Source of the DNA: Parcubacteria group bacterium
GTDB lineage: Bacteria > Patescibacteriota > Minisyncoccia > Phycocordibacterales > Zambryskibacteraceae
Length of the DNA stretch: 64,000 nucleotides
Assembly (NCBI GenBank): GCA_028286565.1
Contig: JAQBRH010000002.1
Location: 145,876 to 209,875 of the forward strand
Direction of reading: 5' to 3'
Shown here: one piece after another, positions 35,873-48,800 of the stretch
Numbering within the stretch: the first letter of the stretch is position 1
Layout: each line of letters opens with the position of its first letter
Position numbers and translations under genes: made by a program
The notes under the pieces: model-generated
Databases searched by the model: none
The model's input: only the letters and a program-made list of their open reading frames with translations
What the model was told of the DNA's origin: nothing

Positions 35873-38845
35873 CTAGGCGATCAACACCTTGCGGAGCTTG
35901 CATGACTCACAATCCTTATCCCCGCACTCCTTGTCCCAAAATTCAAAATTCAAGATCTCTCCGGCCACTCGGAGAGTTTCTTGTTTTACTTTTTCAGAAT
36001 CCTCCGAGGTGATATCAAAAGTCTCTTTCTTGATCCTCCCCTTCTCATCGGGCTCGGTGAAGAGGATGGTGCCGTTCGTCATCAAATATTTTCCATCGTC
36101 ATAGAGGTCGAGGAGCAAGCGATAAAAATCAAGCTGGCGCTTCTCATTCCCCGTCGCGGAAGCGGTCTCTCCGAGGATCTGGTTTCGGGTCTTCGGCCTG
36201 CCCGTCTTAAAGTCGACGACGCATACCTCCTGGCCCTTGGAATTCTTTGGGGCCTCGGTCAAAAGATCCACTTTGTCCAAGCGTCCGCGAAGCACCAGGT
36301 CTTCTCCGGCAGGGAGAGGGATCGTCACCCCGGCAATGTTGAATTCGGCGAGAGCCCGAGTATGCCAATGTTCGCGCTCGGAATCCCAAAATGCTTCGAG
36401 CACCTCTTTGCCTTTCTTCTTAGAGTCCTCAAAATCTTTTTTGGTCAAGGGCTGCTTTTCGAGGCAGGACAGGAACGAACCGATGAGGTCCTCGAGCTCG
36501 AAGGATCTGTCCTGTCGAAGAGCATTTGTCATCTCGGCAAGGGCGAAATGGATAGCCGTCCCGTACATCTGGTGCTTTTCCATCATATCCGGAATGCGGA
36601 TAAGGTTTTTGAAGAAATATTTCCACGGACACTCCAGATAATTATTCAAAGCGGTGGCATTCAAGCCTTGCTCCAAGAACGTCTCGCGGAGATACTCCCT
36701 ATCCCACAGTGTATTTTCTCTGGATGAATGCCGAGCAAGGGCGCCGAGGAGCGGAGCGCTTGCGCCGACCTCATCCCCTTCCTTTATATCCACGAGCTCT
36801 TTTGGAAGTTCTTCGATGAACTGCGAAGGCACGAGTTCCTTTCCGTCCTGGGCGGCGGCCGCATAGGTGATCATGATCTTCTCCTTGGCTCGGGTAAGAG
36901 CGACGTAAAAGAGCCTGCGCTCGTCTTCTTCTTTCCCGGACTGGAGCGCGCTTCCCAGAGGATAGGGCAATCTAAAATCAAGGTTCGTTCGCTTAGAGCC
37001 CCATCGGCCCGAGACCATGTGGGGAATGCACACCACTTTCCATTCGAGGCCCTTGGATTTGTGGGCGGTCATGACGGATATGGTGTTCTCTTTTTTCAAA
37101 CGGGAAGCGAAGGACAGCCGAGCGCCATGCTCCTCGAGTGTGTCGATATCCCGCAAGAAGTTCTCTATCGATTGATCTTTCTTGTGAGCTTGGCGCGTGG
37201 CGATCTCTTGGTACAGCGTCGAGAGGAGGGCCATCTTTTCTACTGAGTCGGGCAGGGTCAGGAGATGTTCGGCAAGATGAGAATCGTCGAGGACGGCGGT
37301 GACCACTTCGAGGGCGCTTCTGTTCTTGCCTAAGGTCACCCATTTGGAAAAGTTCTCCGCAAGCTCGGGGAATTTGGAGATGATATCGATGATCGGCTTC
37401 TTTTCATGGCGGGCCTCATGCAGGGCCTTGGTCACTTCGATCGGATCAAGCCCGAGGAAGTCGATGAAGAGAGTTTCTGCAAGCAGGGTTTCGTTCTCCG
37501 GATCGTTGACCGCGCGGAGGAGGAGCATGAGCTTCGCGACATCGGGATCAGCAAGCACATCCTCATCTTGAAAAAGGGTGACTGGAAGCGCAGCATTCCT
37601 GAGATGCCGCCCCAGGTCGCTGATCTCCCTGTTCGTGCGGACAAGAACGCTGATATCTCTCGGTTCGGTCTCCTTCTCCAATTCTTCTTTAAGGCATCGC
37701 ACGATGCCTTCGGCCTCATCGATCTCCGTCGGATACGCGATCACCTCGATGGTCCCACGAGCAGATCCGCCCTTGGACATAAGCCGGGGACGAAGCTCTT
37801 TGTCTCCGGGCAAAGGCTCGGCGAGAGCATGCGAAGCGTCGAGGATGGATTGATGCGAGCGATAGTTCTCATCAAGATAAATAAGTTTTGCCGTGGGAAA
37901 TTTCTTTTTGAAATAAAGGAAGTTCTCAAGTGATGCGCCTTGGAACCGGTAAATGGCCTGCTTCTCGTCTCCCACAATAAAGAGATTCGGTTCGTCAAAG
38001 TAAGAGCTCAAAAGTTCAAGAATGGTATTCTGGGCCTGGTTCGCATCCTGATGCTCATCAGCAAGGAAGTACAGATACTCCTCCTGAAGGCTCTGCAAGA
38101 GGTCTGGGTGCTCCTTAAAGGCCCGCAAGAGCTCGAGGAGCATATCATCAAAATCGTAGAGATCCTCGCGGGCGAGAGCAGTTTCGTATTCGGCGTAGAG
38201 CGCCTGCAGTTCACGGTTCTTCTCGATGTTTTTAAGAGCATCCTTGTACAAAGATTTCATCTCGCCTGCATATTTGCCCTTCTCATGCTTGAGGTCTTCT
38301 TTTGAAAGAATGCTCTCTTCTTCCCTTTGGAGGATATCGGCGAACTGTGTCGGCGAGACCGCGTCGCGCTTGAGATCGGAAATGGTGTGAAGAGCGCCTT
38401 TCACATAATGGTATGGCGAACCGAACGGCCGAATGCGATCAAAGGCGCCTTGATCAAGGATGGTCTCAATAAGAGAAAGTTTTTCCGATTCGGTGGCCAC
38501 ATCCCCCCCGACGATCCGGGGAAAATATTCCGGGTGCTTTCTGATCACTTCTTCGGCGAATCCGTGGAAAGTAAAGATCCCCACCCGATATGCGGCCGGA
38601 CCGATCAGAGCGACCAATTTTCTGCGCATGGAAACCACCCCCGATTCGGTAAAGGTGAGGGCGAGAATGCCGTCCGGAGGCGTATCCGTCTTTTCGAGGA
38701 TGTTCGCGATGCGGAGGGTGAGCACTGTCGTCTTTCCCGTCCCCGGCCCGGCGATGACCATGGTCGGCCCTTCGATCGTGTCGACGGCCTCCTTCTGGCC
38801 TTGATTCAGGTTCTTATAATTCTTCTTGAAGAGGTCGGCCTGCAT
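35873..38845 (-). CDS. UvrD/PcrA-like helicase fused to a C-terminal PD-(D/E)XK (RecB-like) nuclease, AddA-like architecture
   Basis: N-terminal Walker A VIAGPGTGKTTVL and UvrD motifs. C-terminal VVDFKTGRPK plus CGDKDCESCK. Confidence 0.85.
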   Translation of the reverse strand: MQADLFKKNYKNLNQGQKEAVDTIEGPTMVIAGPGTGKTTVLTLRIANILEKTDTPPDGILALTFTESGVVSMRRKLVALIGPAAYRVGIFTFHGFAEEVIRKHPEYFPRIVGGDVATESEKLSLIETILDQGAFDRIRPFGSPYHYVKGALHTISDLKRDAVSPTQFADILQREEESILSKEDLKHEKGKYAGEMKSLYKDALKNIEKNRELQALYAEYETALAREDLYDFDDMLLELLRAFKEHPDLLQSLQEEYLYFLADEHQDANQAQNTILELLSSYFDEPNLFIVGDEKQAIYRFQGASLENFLYFKKKFPTAKLIYLDENYRSHQSILDASHALAEPLPGDKELRPRLMSKGGSARGTIEVIAYPTEIDEAEGIVRCLKEELEKETEPRDISVLVRTNREISDLGRHLRNAALPVTLFQDEDVLADPDVAKLMLLLRAVNDPENETLLAETLFIDFLGLDPIEVTKALHEARHEKKPIIDIISKFPELAENFSKWVTLGKNRSALEVVTAVLDDSHLAEHLLTLPDSVEKMALLSTLYQEIATRQAHKKDQSIENFLRDIDTLEEHGARLSFASRLKKENTISVMTAHKSKGLEWKVVCIPHMVSGRWGSKRTNLDFRLPYPLGSALQSGKEEDERRLFYVALTRAKEKIMITYAAAAQDGKELVPSQFIEELPKELVDIKEGDEVGASAPLLGALARHSSRENTLWDREYLRETFLEQGLNATALNNYLECPWKYFFKNLIRIPDMMEKHQMYGTAIHFALAEMTNALRQDRSFELEDLIGSFLSCLEKQPLTKKDFEDSKKKGKEVLEAFWDSEREHWHTRALAEFNIAGVTIPLPAGEDLVLRGRLDKVDLLTEAPKNSKGQEVCVVDFKTGRPKTRNQILGETASATGNEKRQLDFYRLLLDLYDDGKYLMTNGTILFTEPDEKGRIKKETFDITSEDSEKVKQETLRVAGEILNFEFWDKECGDKDCESCKLRKVLIA

Positions 38846-38928
38846 GGAATAATTCTATCATGCGGTCCTCCTTGACGACCGCTCGAGGAGAAGGTAAGGT
38901 CTTCCTAGACTAACCCTAAGAGGCGCAC

Positions 38929-39300
38929 ATGCATCCCGAAACCGCAACCGTCATCCTGGCCACACTGCTCGGCGTTCTCACATTTACGGCCTCGTGTACA
39001 TTCTGCAAGTATGGAGGAGAGATAATCCTAAGGATCGTCTCCGCAGGATGCTTTGCCCTTGCCATCGCCGTCTCGACCTACTATTCCCGCATAGCGGGCC
39101 TTGGCGGCGAGCCCGTCCCCTACATCCTGCTTCGATGGTGGCGCATATATAGTCCGTGGATCATCACCGCGCTTATCATCTGGATCGCCTTTCGGAAAGT
39201 GGTGTTGAAGCGCTCATTCGACTGGAAGCTCTTTCTTCTGACACTTCTCCTGATCTGCCTCTACGCGGCCGTCGAAATTCACACCGCTCCCTTCGACTGA
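38929..39300 (+). CDS. hypothetical membrane protein
   Basis: Four predicted TM segments. A terminator follows. Confidence 0.5.
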   Translation: MHPETATVILATLLGVLTFTASCTFCKYGGEIILRIVSAGCFALAIAVSTYYSRIAGLGGEPVPYILLRWWRIYSPWIITALIIWIAFRKVVLKRSFDWKLFLLTLLLICLYAAVEIHTAPFD

Positions 39301-39339
39301 TGATGAACAAAAGCGACCCTCTGGGGCCGCTCTTTTTAT

Positions 39340-40566
39340 TTAATATCCTCTGAGTCTATTTATTTTGTCGTGCTGGCGGATCTTTTCATGCGCCTTGGCT
39401 TCGATCTGGCGGATGCGCTCTCGCGTGACGCCGAAGACCTTTCCCACTTCTTCGAGGGTGTGGGTATAGCCGTCGAGAAGGCCGTGCCTCATTTCCAAGA
39501 TCTTTCTTTCTTTAGGAGGGAGGTCGGAGAGAATTTCCTTGACCTGGTCTTGGATAATTCGTCGAGAAGATTCCTGATCGGGAGAAAGGATCTTATCGTC
39601 GGCGAGGAAGTCCCCGAGTTTGGACTTGCCGTCCTCGTCTTCTCCGACCGGGCTTTCAAGGGAGACGGTCGATTGGTCGATCTTTTCGATCTGATAGACC
39701 TTGTCCACATCAAGGTTCATTTCCATAGCGATCTCTTCTTGGAGCGGCTCTCGGCCAAGGTCTTGGGTCAAGCGGCGAACCACTTGCTTATACTTGGCGA
39801 TGGTTTCAACCATGTGCACAGGGACGCGGATGGTGCGGGACTGGTCGGCCAAGGCACGGGTGATGGCCTGTCGTATCCACCAGGTGGCATACGTCGAGAA
39901 CTTGTAGCCCTTGGTCCAATCGAATTTATCCACAGCTTTAAAGAGCCCGAGATTTCCTTCCTGAATGAGGTCAAGGAGGGTGAGGTCCGGGCTGCGGTTG
40001 GCGTATTTCTTGGCGATAGAGACAACGAGGCGCAGGTTCGCCTTGGCCAAAAGGTTTTTGGCTTCTTCATCCCCCGCTTCGATCCGTTTGGCGAGTTCTT
40101 TCTCCATCCCGCCGGAGATAAGCGGATATTGTCCGATCTCCTTCAGGTACATTTGGATAGAGTCGTAAGCCGAATCGGATTTTGAGTACGAATATTTCTT
40201 GTTCGTCACTTCGACCGGCATCTCGAGGAGTCCGCCTCCTTCGAGGATATCGATCGCCTGGTTGTGAAGCTTCTCGTAGAGTTCGTCAAGAAAAGTGATA
40301 TTCTCTTCGATGGTCGGGAATTCTTTCAGGATCTCATCATAGGTGACGAAACCTTTTTCCTTGCCTCGCGATATGAGGCGGGCGAGCTTTGTGTTCTCCT
40401 CTTGGGCTTTCTTTGAAACCGGCTTTGCTTTAACCGCTTTTTCTTTCTTTGCTTTGGGCTTTTTCAGAGCTTTCACCACCTTCTTCTTTGCCGGTGACTT
40501 TGCGGCCCGCGACTTTGCGCTGGCCGGCTTTCGGCTATTCTTTTGTTGTTTTTTGCCTTTTTTCAT
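39340..40566 (-). CDS. rpoD: RNA polymerase sigma factor RpoD with a Lys/Ala-rich N-terminal tail
   Basis: Region 2 ([27 protein letters not shown]) and region 4.2 ([20 protein letters not shown]). The N-terminal roughly 55 aa resemble an AKP-rich histone-like tail. Confidence 0.95.
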   Translation of the reverse strand: MKKGKKQQKNSRKPASAKSRAAKSPAKKKVVKALKKPKAKKEKAVKAKPVSKKAQEENTKLARLISRGKEKGFVTYDEILKEFPTIEENITFLDELYEKLHNQAIDILEGGGLLEMPVEVTNKKYSYSKSDSAYDSIQMYLKEIGQYPLISGGMEKELAKRIEAGDEEAKNLLAKANLRLVVSIAKKYANRSPDLTLLDLIQEGNLGLFKAVDKFDWTKGYKFSTYATWWIRQAITRALADQSRTIRVPVHMVETIAKYKQVVRRLTQDLGREPLQEEIAMEMNLDVDKVYQIEKIDQSTVSLESPVGEDEDGKSKLGDFLADDKILSPDQESSRRIIQDQVKEILSDLPPKERKILEMRHGLLDGYTHTLEEVGKVFGVTRERIRQIEAKAHEKIRQHDKINRLRGY

Positions 40567-40578
40567 TAATATCCTATA

Positions 40579-42162
40579 TTACACCATTTTTCTCTTCTCT
40601 TCATCAAGACGCCTATTCAGTGTTTCAATTCGCTCCGCCACTTCCTCATCTCCGCCCTTCTCAAGTTCGAGCCGGAGAGCGATCCGCTCCTCTTCCATTA
40701 TGACTATCTGGAGGCGATGAGTAAGCTCATCTTTCTCCCTGGAAAGCGTCGTGTATTCAGGAGACGTCTCATGCAACTCTTTCTGCCACAGTTCGACTTC
40801 CTGGAGGCGCTCTTCGATGCGCTCTTTGTGCGATGCTCTTTTTTCGTCGGGCTCCGATTCTTCTCCCGCTTCTCCACTCGTATGGATCTCCACAGTCGGC
40901 ACCGGTGTGCGCTTTAGATCATCCCAAATTATTTCCTCCCTGATCCCTGAACGCTTGGCGATGAGAGAAACAAAATGGGACCGTTCGATCGAGCTTTCGA
41001 GGAGAACGATGAGCGGTAAGACTTTTTTTACAATGAGCTTGCCCGATTTCCTCGGATCTGTTTCTCCTTCAAGTACCCGGGTCAGCGCGTCCTCGATCGA
41101 ATGCTTGGCCCGGCGGAGCACGTCTTTCCATTTCTCCGGTGATTCGTGGACAAGGTCGGCCGGATCAGACCCTTCCGGAAGAGCGGCGATCTTCACCTCC
41201 ATCCCGAGAACCAGCCCGAGGAGAGCGCTCTTCTCCGCGGCCTTCCGGCCGGCCTCATCCGGATCAAAGGCGAGAATAATGCGCGGGGACAAGCGCTTGA
41301 GCCGGGCGAGATGCTGGCTTGTAAAGGCCGTCCCTGAAGAAGCGACCGTATTTTTCACCCCTCCTTGATGCGAAAGAACGAGATCGATCTGCCCTTCGAC
41401 GAGAACGGCAAAATTCTTCTTTCTGATATCATCCTTGGCCTTGTCCAGGCCGTAGAGCACTTCGCTTTTCTGGAAAAGAGCGGTCTCAGGAGAATTCAGA
41501 TACTTGGCTTCGATCTCCTTGGAAAGCGCTCTCCCTGAAAAAGCGATGACTCTCCCGGATTGATCGAAGATGGGGAACATGATCCTGCCTCTAAACACGT
41601 CGTAGGCTTCTTTGGTTTTCTCCGGCGGCTCCTTGATCAGACCGGCCTTGAGGAGAATTTCTTTTGAGTAGCCGACCTTTTTCAGATGATCGGAGAGATC
41701 TCTCCATTCATCCCGAGCATATCCCAGGCGCCATTCTTTAATAGAATCTTTACTGATCCCCCTTCCGTTCAGATACTCGAGGGCTTCCGGAGTCGCGCTT
41801 AAGTTCGATTCAAAGAGGAGCGTCGCATCTTCGAGCGCACTGTACAACTTTTCCTTGTCATCTTTTGATTCTCCCCGATACTGCTCTATTTCTACTCCGG
41901 CCTTATCCGCGAGCATTCGCAGCGCTTCCTTGAAGTCGACTCCTTCGAGAGCCTCGGTAATGGTGAAGATGTCCCCCTTGGCTCCGCATCCAAAACAATA
42001 ATAGTTTTGGCGGACCGGAGACACCATGAAAGACGCAGTCTTCTCGTTATGGAACGGGCATTTACCCTTATAGTTCTGGCCCGCTTTTTCGAGTTTGAGA
42101 TAGTGAGAAACGATATCGACTATATCTAGTCGTTGTTTGATGGAGTCGACGGTTCCTCGCAT
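40579..42162 (-). CDS. dnaG: DNA primase
   Basis: Zinc finger CPFHNEKTASF...CFGCG, a TOPRIM domain, and an acidic coiled-coil C-terminus. Confidence 0.95.
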   Translation of the reverse strand: MRGTVDSIKQRLDIVDIVSHYLKLEKAGQNYKGKCPFHNEKTASFMVSPVRQNYYCFGCGAKGDIFTITEALEGVDFKEALRMLADKAGVEIEQYRGESKDDKEKLYSALEDATLLFESNLSATPEALEYLNGRGISKDSIKEWRLGYARDEWRDLSDHLKKVGYSKEILLKAGLIKEPPEKTKEAYDVFRGRIMFPIFDQSGRVIAFSGRALSKEIEAKYLNSPETALFQKSEVLYGLDKAKDDIRKKNFAVLVEGQIDLVLSHQGGVKNTVASSGTAFTSQHLARLKRLSPRIILAFDPDEAGRKAAEKSALLGLVLGMEVKIAALPEGSDPADLVHESPEKWKDVLRRAKHSIEDALTRVLEGETDPRKSGKLIVKKVLPLIVLLESSIERSHFVSLIAKRSGIREEIIWDDLKRTPVPTVEIHTSGEAGEESEPDEKRASHKERIEERLQEVELWQKELHETSPEYTTLSREKDELTHRLQIVIMEEERIALRLELEKGGDEEVAERIETLNRRLDEEKRKMV

Positions 42163-45100
42163 ATGAGTTTTTCTTTGTAGCCTCCCTTAAACCCGGTACC
42201 TGCTGGAATCATACGTCCGATAATAACATTTTCTTTGAGACCGATGAGCTCGTCTTCCGCGCCTCGGATAGCGGCCTGGATGAGGACGCGAGGAGTGTGC
42301 TGGAATGAAGCGGCTGAGAGGAACGATGCGCGCGAGAGCGACACTTCGGTAATACCCATGATGACCGCATCCCCCTTGGTCTCTTCCCGGCCTTCGGCCT
42401 TGGCAAGATCGTTCATGGCCATGTAGTCCGAGATCTCGACGACGTCGCCTCGAGTGAACTGGGTCGAGCCCGAGTGGCGGATCTTTCTTCGGGAGAACAT
42501 CTGTCGAACGATAAGTTCGATATGCTTGTGAGAGACGGCCGAACCTTGAAGTTCGTAGAGCTTGGAAACTTCATGGATGATGTATTTCTCCGTTGTTTCT
42601 CTGCCGGCATAGCGGAAAAGTTCGTCGAGGTCCGCTGAACCGTCCGTAAGCATCTGTCCCTTCTTCACCTCCTGTCCGATTCGAACCAAGATGCTTCGAG
42701 TAGGTCCGACGGTATATTCATTATCGAGTTTCTTCGACTTCCCTGCGACCTTTTCTCCGATCTCGGGAGTGACGACGATAACTCGGTCATGTCCGGACAT
42801 CTTGATCTCGGTGATCGTACCGTCGAGGTGAGAGATGGCGGCTGGATTCTTCGGTTTTCGCTTCTCGAAGATCTCTTCGACGCGAGGAAGTCCCGCGGTA
42901 ATGTCTCCGGCGGCTGACGCCACTCCTCCGGCGTGGAACGTACGCATGGTGAGCTGAGTTCCCGGCTCTCCGATCGCCTGTGCGGCGACGGTTCCGACCG
43001 CTTCTCCGAGCTCAACGACCTTGTTCGTACCAAGATCCGCACCGTAGCACTTGATGCAGACTCCGTGGAGAGACTTACAGGCCATCGGCGAGCGGACTTC
43101 GACCGCTTCAATGTGAGCGTTGTCCATGATCTCACCGTCATATTTGGTGACAAAGTGACCTCTCTTGAAGAGAACGGTTCCCTTTGCATCCACCACGTCC
43201 TGGGCGAGGAATCGCCCTTTAAGCGTTCGAGAGAGCGGCATCTCGATACCAGAAGCGGTTTTCTTCGAGATGAGCGTGCCTTCCTTGGTTCCGCAATCTT
43301 CTTCTGCGACGATCTCATCCTGAGCGACATCGAAGAGTCGGCGAGTAAGGTATCCGGCCTTAGCAGTGTTGAGCGCGGTGTCGGTGAGACCTTTGCGTGA
43401 TCCGTGGGTAGTGATGAAGTATTCGAGCGGGGTCAAACCTTCCTTGTAGCAAGAGAGGATCGGGAATTCGAGAGATTCTCCTGAAACGTTCTGGATAATA
43501 CCCTTCATACCCGCCATCTGGTTCAAGTTGCCGAGTGATCCTCGAGCTCGAGAATACGTCATGTCGTAGACGGAGTCTTTTGGTCCGAGGGTGCCCGGGA
43601 TAAGGGCTTCAACTTCCGACTTCACTCCCTGCCAGATCTCGACCGATTTCTGGATACGCTCGTTCTCCGAAAGGAGGCCTTCGTTGTATTGATCCACGAC
43701 CTTGATGACCCTTTCGCGGCCGGCATCTATGATGCCCTTCTTTGCGGGAGGGATCTTGACGTCATCGAGTCCCCAGGTAACTCCGGAATGAGTGGCGTAT
43801 TTGAAGCCGAATTCCTTGATCTTGTCGATGATCGGAGGAATGTTGCCGATGCCGTACTTCTCGATGAGATCGTCGACGAGTTCGACCATCTTTCGAGCAT
43901 CGATCTCCTGGTTCAAGAACGGATAATCCGATGGGAGAGCGCTGTTGAAGAGGAGGCGGCCGACGGTGGTCTCGAAGATCTTCTCGTCAAAGGCTTTATA
44001 TTTCTCCGACTCGGTCGGAAGGATATGGATCTTGGCTCGATAGCTGAGGGCGCCGAAGTCATGGGCGGTAATAGCGGCGTTCGGGCTTGAGAAATATTTG
44101 TCTTCTCCCTTTTCTCCGGGGATCTGTCGAGTCATCCAGTACGAACCGAGGATGATGTCGAGCATTTTGGCTGAGACGACCGGTTCGCCGTTTCCCGGCT
44201 TCAAGATGTTCTTGTCGGCTGCCATGATGAGGCGAGCTTCGGCCTGCGCTTCATCCGAAAGAGGAACGTGAACGGCCATCTGGTCTCCGTCGAAGTCCGC
44301 GTTGAAAGCGGTACAGACGAGAGGGTGGAGCTGGATCGCGTTACCTTCGATGAGGACGGGCTGGAAAGCCTGGATACCGAGGCGGTGAAGCGTCGGCGCA
44401 CGGTTCAAGAGAACGTATTTGCCGCGGATGATCTCTTCGAGGATGGCCCATACTTCAGGGATAGTGTCTTCGATCAATCGGCGGGCACCTGGAATATTGT
44501 AGGCGAGTTCCCTCTTCAAAAGCTGAGAGATAACGAACGGCTTGAAGAGTTCAAGGGCCATATGCTTTGGCAATCCGCACTGGTGGAGCTTCAATTCGGG
44601 ACCGACGACGATAACCGATCGTCCTGAATAGTCCACTCGCTTACCGAGGAGGTTCTGTCTAAAGAGCCCACGCTTACCTTTGAGGTTGTCCGAAAGAGAC
44701 TTCAATGGGCGTCGCTGCGATTGATTGCCCGTAGCGCCTCCGTGTCGGATGGTGTTGTCGATGAGGGCGTCAACCGCTTCCTGGAGAATGCGCTTCTCGT
44801 TTCGGAGAATAACATCGGGAGCGTGGATGTCCTTCAATTTCTTCAAACGATTGTTTCGGTTAATGACGCGTCGGTAGAGGTCATTCACGTCGGACGTCGC
44901 ATAGCGTCCTCCGTCGAGAGGAACCATCGGTCGGATGGCCGGAGGGATGACCGGGATGCGGGAAAGGAACATCCACTCCGGGCGAATGCCGGCGCGGAGC
45001 ATCCATTGGACGGTCGATGATCGCTTGTGGAGGCGAGGAACTTCGGTAGCAGGAGCGGTTTCAAGGATGGTTTCGAGTTCCTTGTAGAGCTTCTGGAGGT

Positions 45101-45791
45101 CTACTTCTTTTAATATATTATAGATGGCTTCTGCTCCGATCTGCGCTTCGAAGATCGAGGAATACTTCATGCCGAAGCGATGGTACTCGACCTCGTCGAG
45201 CACGCGGCCGGGAACCAAGGATTCGATGTCTTTCTTGGCTGCCATGGCGAGTTCCTTCAAGGCTTCTTTGGACTTTTCGTCCTGGAGCGACTTTGACTTG
45301 GCTTTGAACTCGGAATCAAGGTCCTTCAAGACACGAGTCTTCTCGCTTTCGGAGACCGACGTAACGATGTATCCGGCAAAGTAGATGACCTTTTCGAGGT
45401 CGGCGACGGGGATGCCCATGACGAGGGAAATTCTGGAAGGGACGTTCTTCAAGAACCAGATGTGAGCGACCGGTGAGGCGAGCTCAATGTGGCCCATTCG
45501 CTCTCGGCGGACGATCGAGCGGGTGATCTCCACTCCGCATTTCTCGCAGATAATGCCCTTGTATCGGATGCCTCGGTATTTGCCGCAGTAGCATTCGAAA
45601 TCCTTGTCCGGTCCGAAGATCTTCTCGTCGAAGAGGCCGTTCCTCTCGGAGCGCTGGGTTCGGTAGTTGATGGTCTCGGGCTTCGTGACTTCTCCATACG
45701 ACCATTCTTTGATCCGCTCAGGCGAAGCAAGCTTGATCTGGATCGAATCAAAGTCCGTGGTGTCGATGTTTTTGTTTCTCGGGGTATTCAT
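42126..45791 (-). CDS. rpoC: DNA-directed RNA polymerase subunit beta'
   Basis: [14 protein letters not shown] active site and zinc-binding cysteines. The 3' end overlaps the dnaG start by 37 nt. Confidence 0.97.
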   Translation of the reverse strand: MNTPRNKNIDTTDFDSIQIKLASPERIKEWSYGEVTKPETINYRTQRSERNGLFDEKIFGPDKDFECYCGKYRGIRYKGIICEKCGVEITRSIVRRERMGHIELASPVAHIWFLKNVPSRISLVMGIPVADLEKVIYFAGYIVTSVSESEKTRVLKDLDSEFKAKSKSLQDEKSKEALKELAMAAKKDIESLVPGRVLDEVEYHRFGMKYSSIFEAQIGAEAIYNILKEVDLQKLYKELETILETAPATEVPRLHKRSSTVQWMLRAGIRPEWMFLSRIPVIPPAIRPMVPLDGGRYATSDVNDLYRRVINRNNRLKKLKDIHAPDVILRNEKRILQEAVDALIDNTIRHGGATGNQSQRRPLKSLSDNLKGKRGLFRQNLLGKRVDYSGRSVIVVGPELKLHQCGLPKHMALELFKPFVISQLLKRELAYNIPGARRLIEDTIPEVWAILEEIIRGKYVLLNRAPTLHRLGIQAFQPVLIEGNAIQLHPLVCTAFNADFDGDQMAVHVPLSDEAQAEARLIMAADKNILKPGNGEPVVSAKMLDIILGSYWMTRQIPGEKGEDKYFSSPNAAITAHDFGALSYRAKIHILPTESEKYKAFDEKIFETTVGRLLFNSALPSDYPFLNQEIDARKMVELVDDLIEKYGIGNIPPIIDKIKEFGFKYATHSGVTWGLDDVKIPPAKKGIIDAGRERVIKVVDQYNEGLLSENERIQKSVEIWQGVKSEVEALIPGTLGPKDSVYDMTYSRARGSLGNLNQMAGMKGIIQNVSGESLEFPILSCYKEGLTPLEYFITTHGSRKGLTDTALNTAKAGYLTRRLFDVAQDEIVAEEDCGTKEGTLISKKTASGIEMPLSRTLKGRFLAQDVVDAKGTVLFKRGHFVTKYDGEIMDNAHIEAVEVRSPMACKSLHGVCIKCYGADLGTNKVVELGEAVGTVAAQAIGEPGTQLTMRTFHAGGVASAAGDITAGLPRVEEIFEKRKPKNPAAISHLDGTITEIKMSGHDRVIVVTPEIGEKVAGKSKKLDNEYTVGPTRSILVRIGQEVKKGQMLTDGSADLDELFRYAGRETTEKYIIHEVSKLYELQGSAVSHKHIELIVRQMFSRRKIRHSGSTQFTRGDVVEISDYMAMNDLAKAEGREETKGDAVIMGITEVSLSRASFLSAASFQHTPRVLIQAAIRGAEDELIGLKENVIIGRMIPAGTGFKGGYKEKLICEEPSTPSNND

Positions 45792-45802
45792 GATGGTGGA
45801 AG

Positions 45803-48800
45803 TTATCGTGAGCCGTTATTCTTCTTCAGCTCGACATCGAGCCCAAGACCGCGAAGGTTATTAAGGAGAACATTGAACGATGCCGGGGTGCCGGGTTCCT
45901 GGATCTTCTCGCCCTTGACGATCGAATCGAAGGCCGCAGAACGTCCGACGATATCGTCCGATTTGATGGTGAGCATCTCGCGGAGCGTGTGTCCGGCTCC
46001 GTGGCCGAGAAGGGCCCACACTTCCATCTCTCCGAATCGCTGGCCTCCGTTCTGAGCTTTTCCTCCGAGCGGCTGCTGGGTGATAAGAGAGTAAGGACCG
46101 ATCGAGCGCATGTGGATCTTGTCCTCGACCATGTGGTGGAGCTTCAAGATGTACATGTAGCCGATAGCCACGTCCTGCTGGACCTCTTCTCCGGTTCGTC
46201 CGTCAAAGAGTTTGACCTTGCCGGATTCGTTGTAGCCAGCCTTGACGAGTTCCTGCTTGATCTCGTCTTCGGTCGCTCCGGCAAATGGAGGAACGATGGC
46301 CTGATAGTTGAGGGTGTGCGCCGCGAGACCGAGGTGCATCTCAAGGATCTGTCCGAGGTTCATGCGTGAAGGAACGCCGAGTGGAGTGAGGATGATGTCG
46401 ATCGGAGTACCGTCGGCCATGTACGGCATATCTTCAACGGGGAGGATTCGGGAAATAACTCCCTTGTTTCCGTGTCGACCGGCGAGCTTGTCTCCGACCG
46501 AGACGTTGCGGAGCTCTGCGACCTGGATGTGGATCTGCTTGAGAATGCCTGAATCAAGCTTGTCTCCCTTTTCTCTGGAGAACACTTGGACCGAGATGAC
46601 TCGTCCTCGCTTGCCACCTTCCATGCGCTTGGATGTATCTTTGACGTCGCGGGCTTTTTCACCGAAGAGAGACCTGAGGAGCCGTTCTTCCGGAGTGAGC
46701 TGTGATTCTCCCTTTGGAGTGATCTTCCCGACAAGGATGTCACCCGGGCGGACTTCGGCGCCGACGCGGATAATGCCGTCTTCGGCGAGGTTCCTGAGCT
46801 TGGATTCACCGACATTCGGGATGTCGCAGGTGGTGACTTCCGGTCCGAGCTTGGTGTCGCGGACGTTGATGGTGAAATCTTCGATGTGAATAGTTGTAAA
46901 TTTGGATTCTTTGACGAGTCGCTCGGAGAGGACGATAGCGTCTTCATAGTTCGCACCGCTCCACGACATGAAGGCGACAAGGATGTTCTGGCCGAGAGCC
47001 ATCTGTCCGCGATCCGACGATGAGGTATCGGCGAGCACGTCACCCTTCTTCACTTTCTGGCCGAGCTCGACCGATGGTCGCTGGTGGAAGGCGGTAAAGC
47101 CGTTGGTCATCGAGAAGTTCACGAGCTTGAAGACGTGCTTTTCTCCCTTGTGGTCTTCAAGGGTGATCGACTTGCCGTCCATTTTTGTGATCGTACCGTC
47201 TGCAGGCGCATAGACGAGTCGTCCTGTGTCTCGAACCGCCTTTTCTTCGATACCGGTAGCAACGAGCGGAGCTTCGGGAATGATGCATGGGGTTCCTTGT
47301 CTCTGCATGTTCGAACCCATCAATGCTCGGTTCGCATCGTCGTGGTTAAGGAACGGGATCATAGATGTACAGATAGAGAAGGCCTGGTTCGTGGCGACGT
47401 CGATCAGGTCTACCTGATTCTTATGAACGGTGATCGGAGTGCCTTTGGATCGGACTTCGATGAGATCGTTCGACAGATTACCGTCGTCGTCTCGAGGAGT
47501 GGCCGCGTGAGCAATATTGAATTTCTCTTCTTCGAGGGCGTTGTAATATTTGATCTCCTTGGTGATCTTGCCATCCTTGACGCTGGCGTACGGAGTTTCG
47601 ATCATGCCGAAATCATTCACGCGGGCATACGATGACAAGCGCAAGATAAGACCGATGTTCGGACCTTCAGGCGTACAGATAGGGCAGAGTCGTCCGTAGT
47701 GGGAAGGATGCACGTCGCGAACCTCGTATCCGGCGCGGGCGCGGGAAAGTCCTCCGGGACCGAGGGCCGAGAGGGTTCGCAGGTGTTCGAGCTCTTCGAG
47801 GGAGTTCGTCTGCTGCATGAATTGCGAGAGCTGGTTCGTGGTGAAGAATTCCTTCATGCGCGCCTGGAGCGGCTTTGGGGAGATGAATTGCACAGGAAGG
47901 GTCACATCGGTGTCGATGGTCGACATTCTGTTCTGGATGTTTCGCTTGATCTGAGCCATGCCGACTCGGATCTTCTGCTGGAAGAGTTCTCCGACGTATC
48001 GAACGCGGCGCGAACCGAGGTGGTCGATGTCATCGGCGATAGAACCGGGAGTGACGTTCAAGTGCGCGATATGCGAAAGGATGAGAATAAGGTCGTCGGT
48101 CGACAGCGTGCGTCGCTCGATCTCCTTTGGTGTTTCCTTGAGGCCGAATCGTCGGATAAAGGCATAGCGTCCGACTCGGTGGATGTCGTATCGTTCGGAA
48201 TCAAAGATAGAGCGGACGAATTCGCGGGCATTGTCAGCCGAAGCGAGGTCTCCGTCGCGGAGGCGCTTGTGGATCTCGATAGCCGCGTCTTCAACGGTCA
48301 GGGTGTGGTCCTTGGCGAGAGACTTCTCTATAAAGGCCTTGGCCTCGGGATGGCCGGCAAAGAGGGCGAGGATCTTTTCGTTCGTAGCCGCGCCAAAAGC
48401 TCGGAGGAGCGTAGTGACCGGAAACTTTCGCTTGCGGTCGATGCGGACATAAATGGTGCCGTCGAGGTCAGTTTCGAACTCGATCCAGGCTCCGCGGGCG
48501 GGAATGATCTTCGCGCCGAAAGTGGTCTTGCCCTTCAATTCCTGAGAAGTAAAGAACACGCCGAACGATCGGGCGAGCTGGGGAACGACGACACGCTCAA
48601 TACCGGAGATAATGAAGGTCCCGTGCGAGGTCATAAGAGGGAAATCCGCCATGAAGATCTCTTGCTCCTTCTCGGTCTTCATAATGAGGTTCTTCAAGCG
48701 AACGCGGACCTTGAGAGGCGCTTCGTATGAGAGTTTGAGGTCTTTGGCCTCGTACTCGTTCATTTTCGGCTTGTCGAGCTCGAACCCGACGAAATCAAGC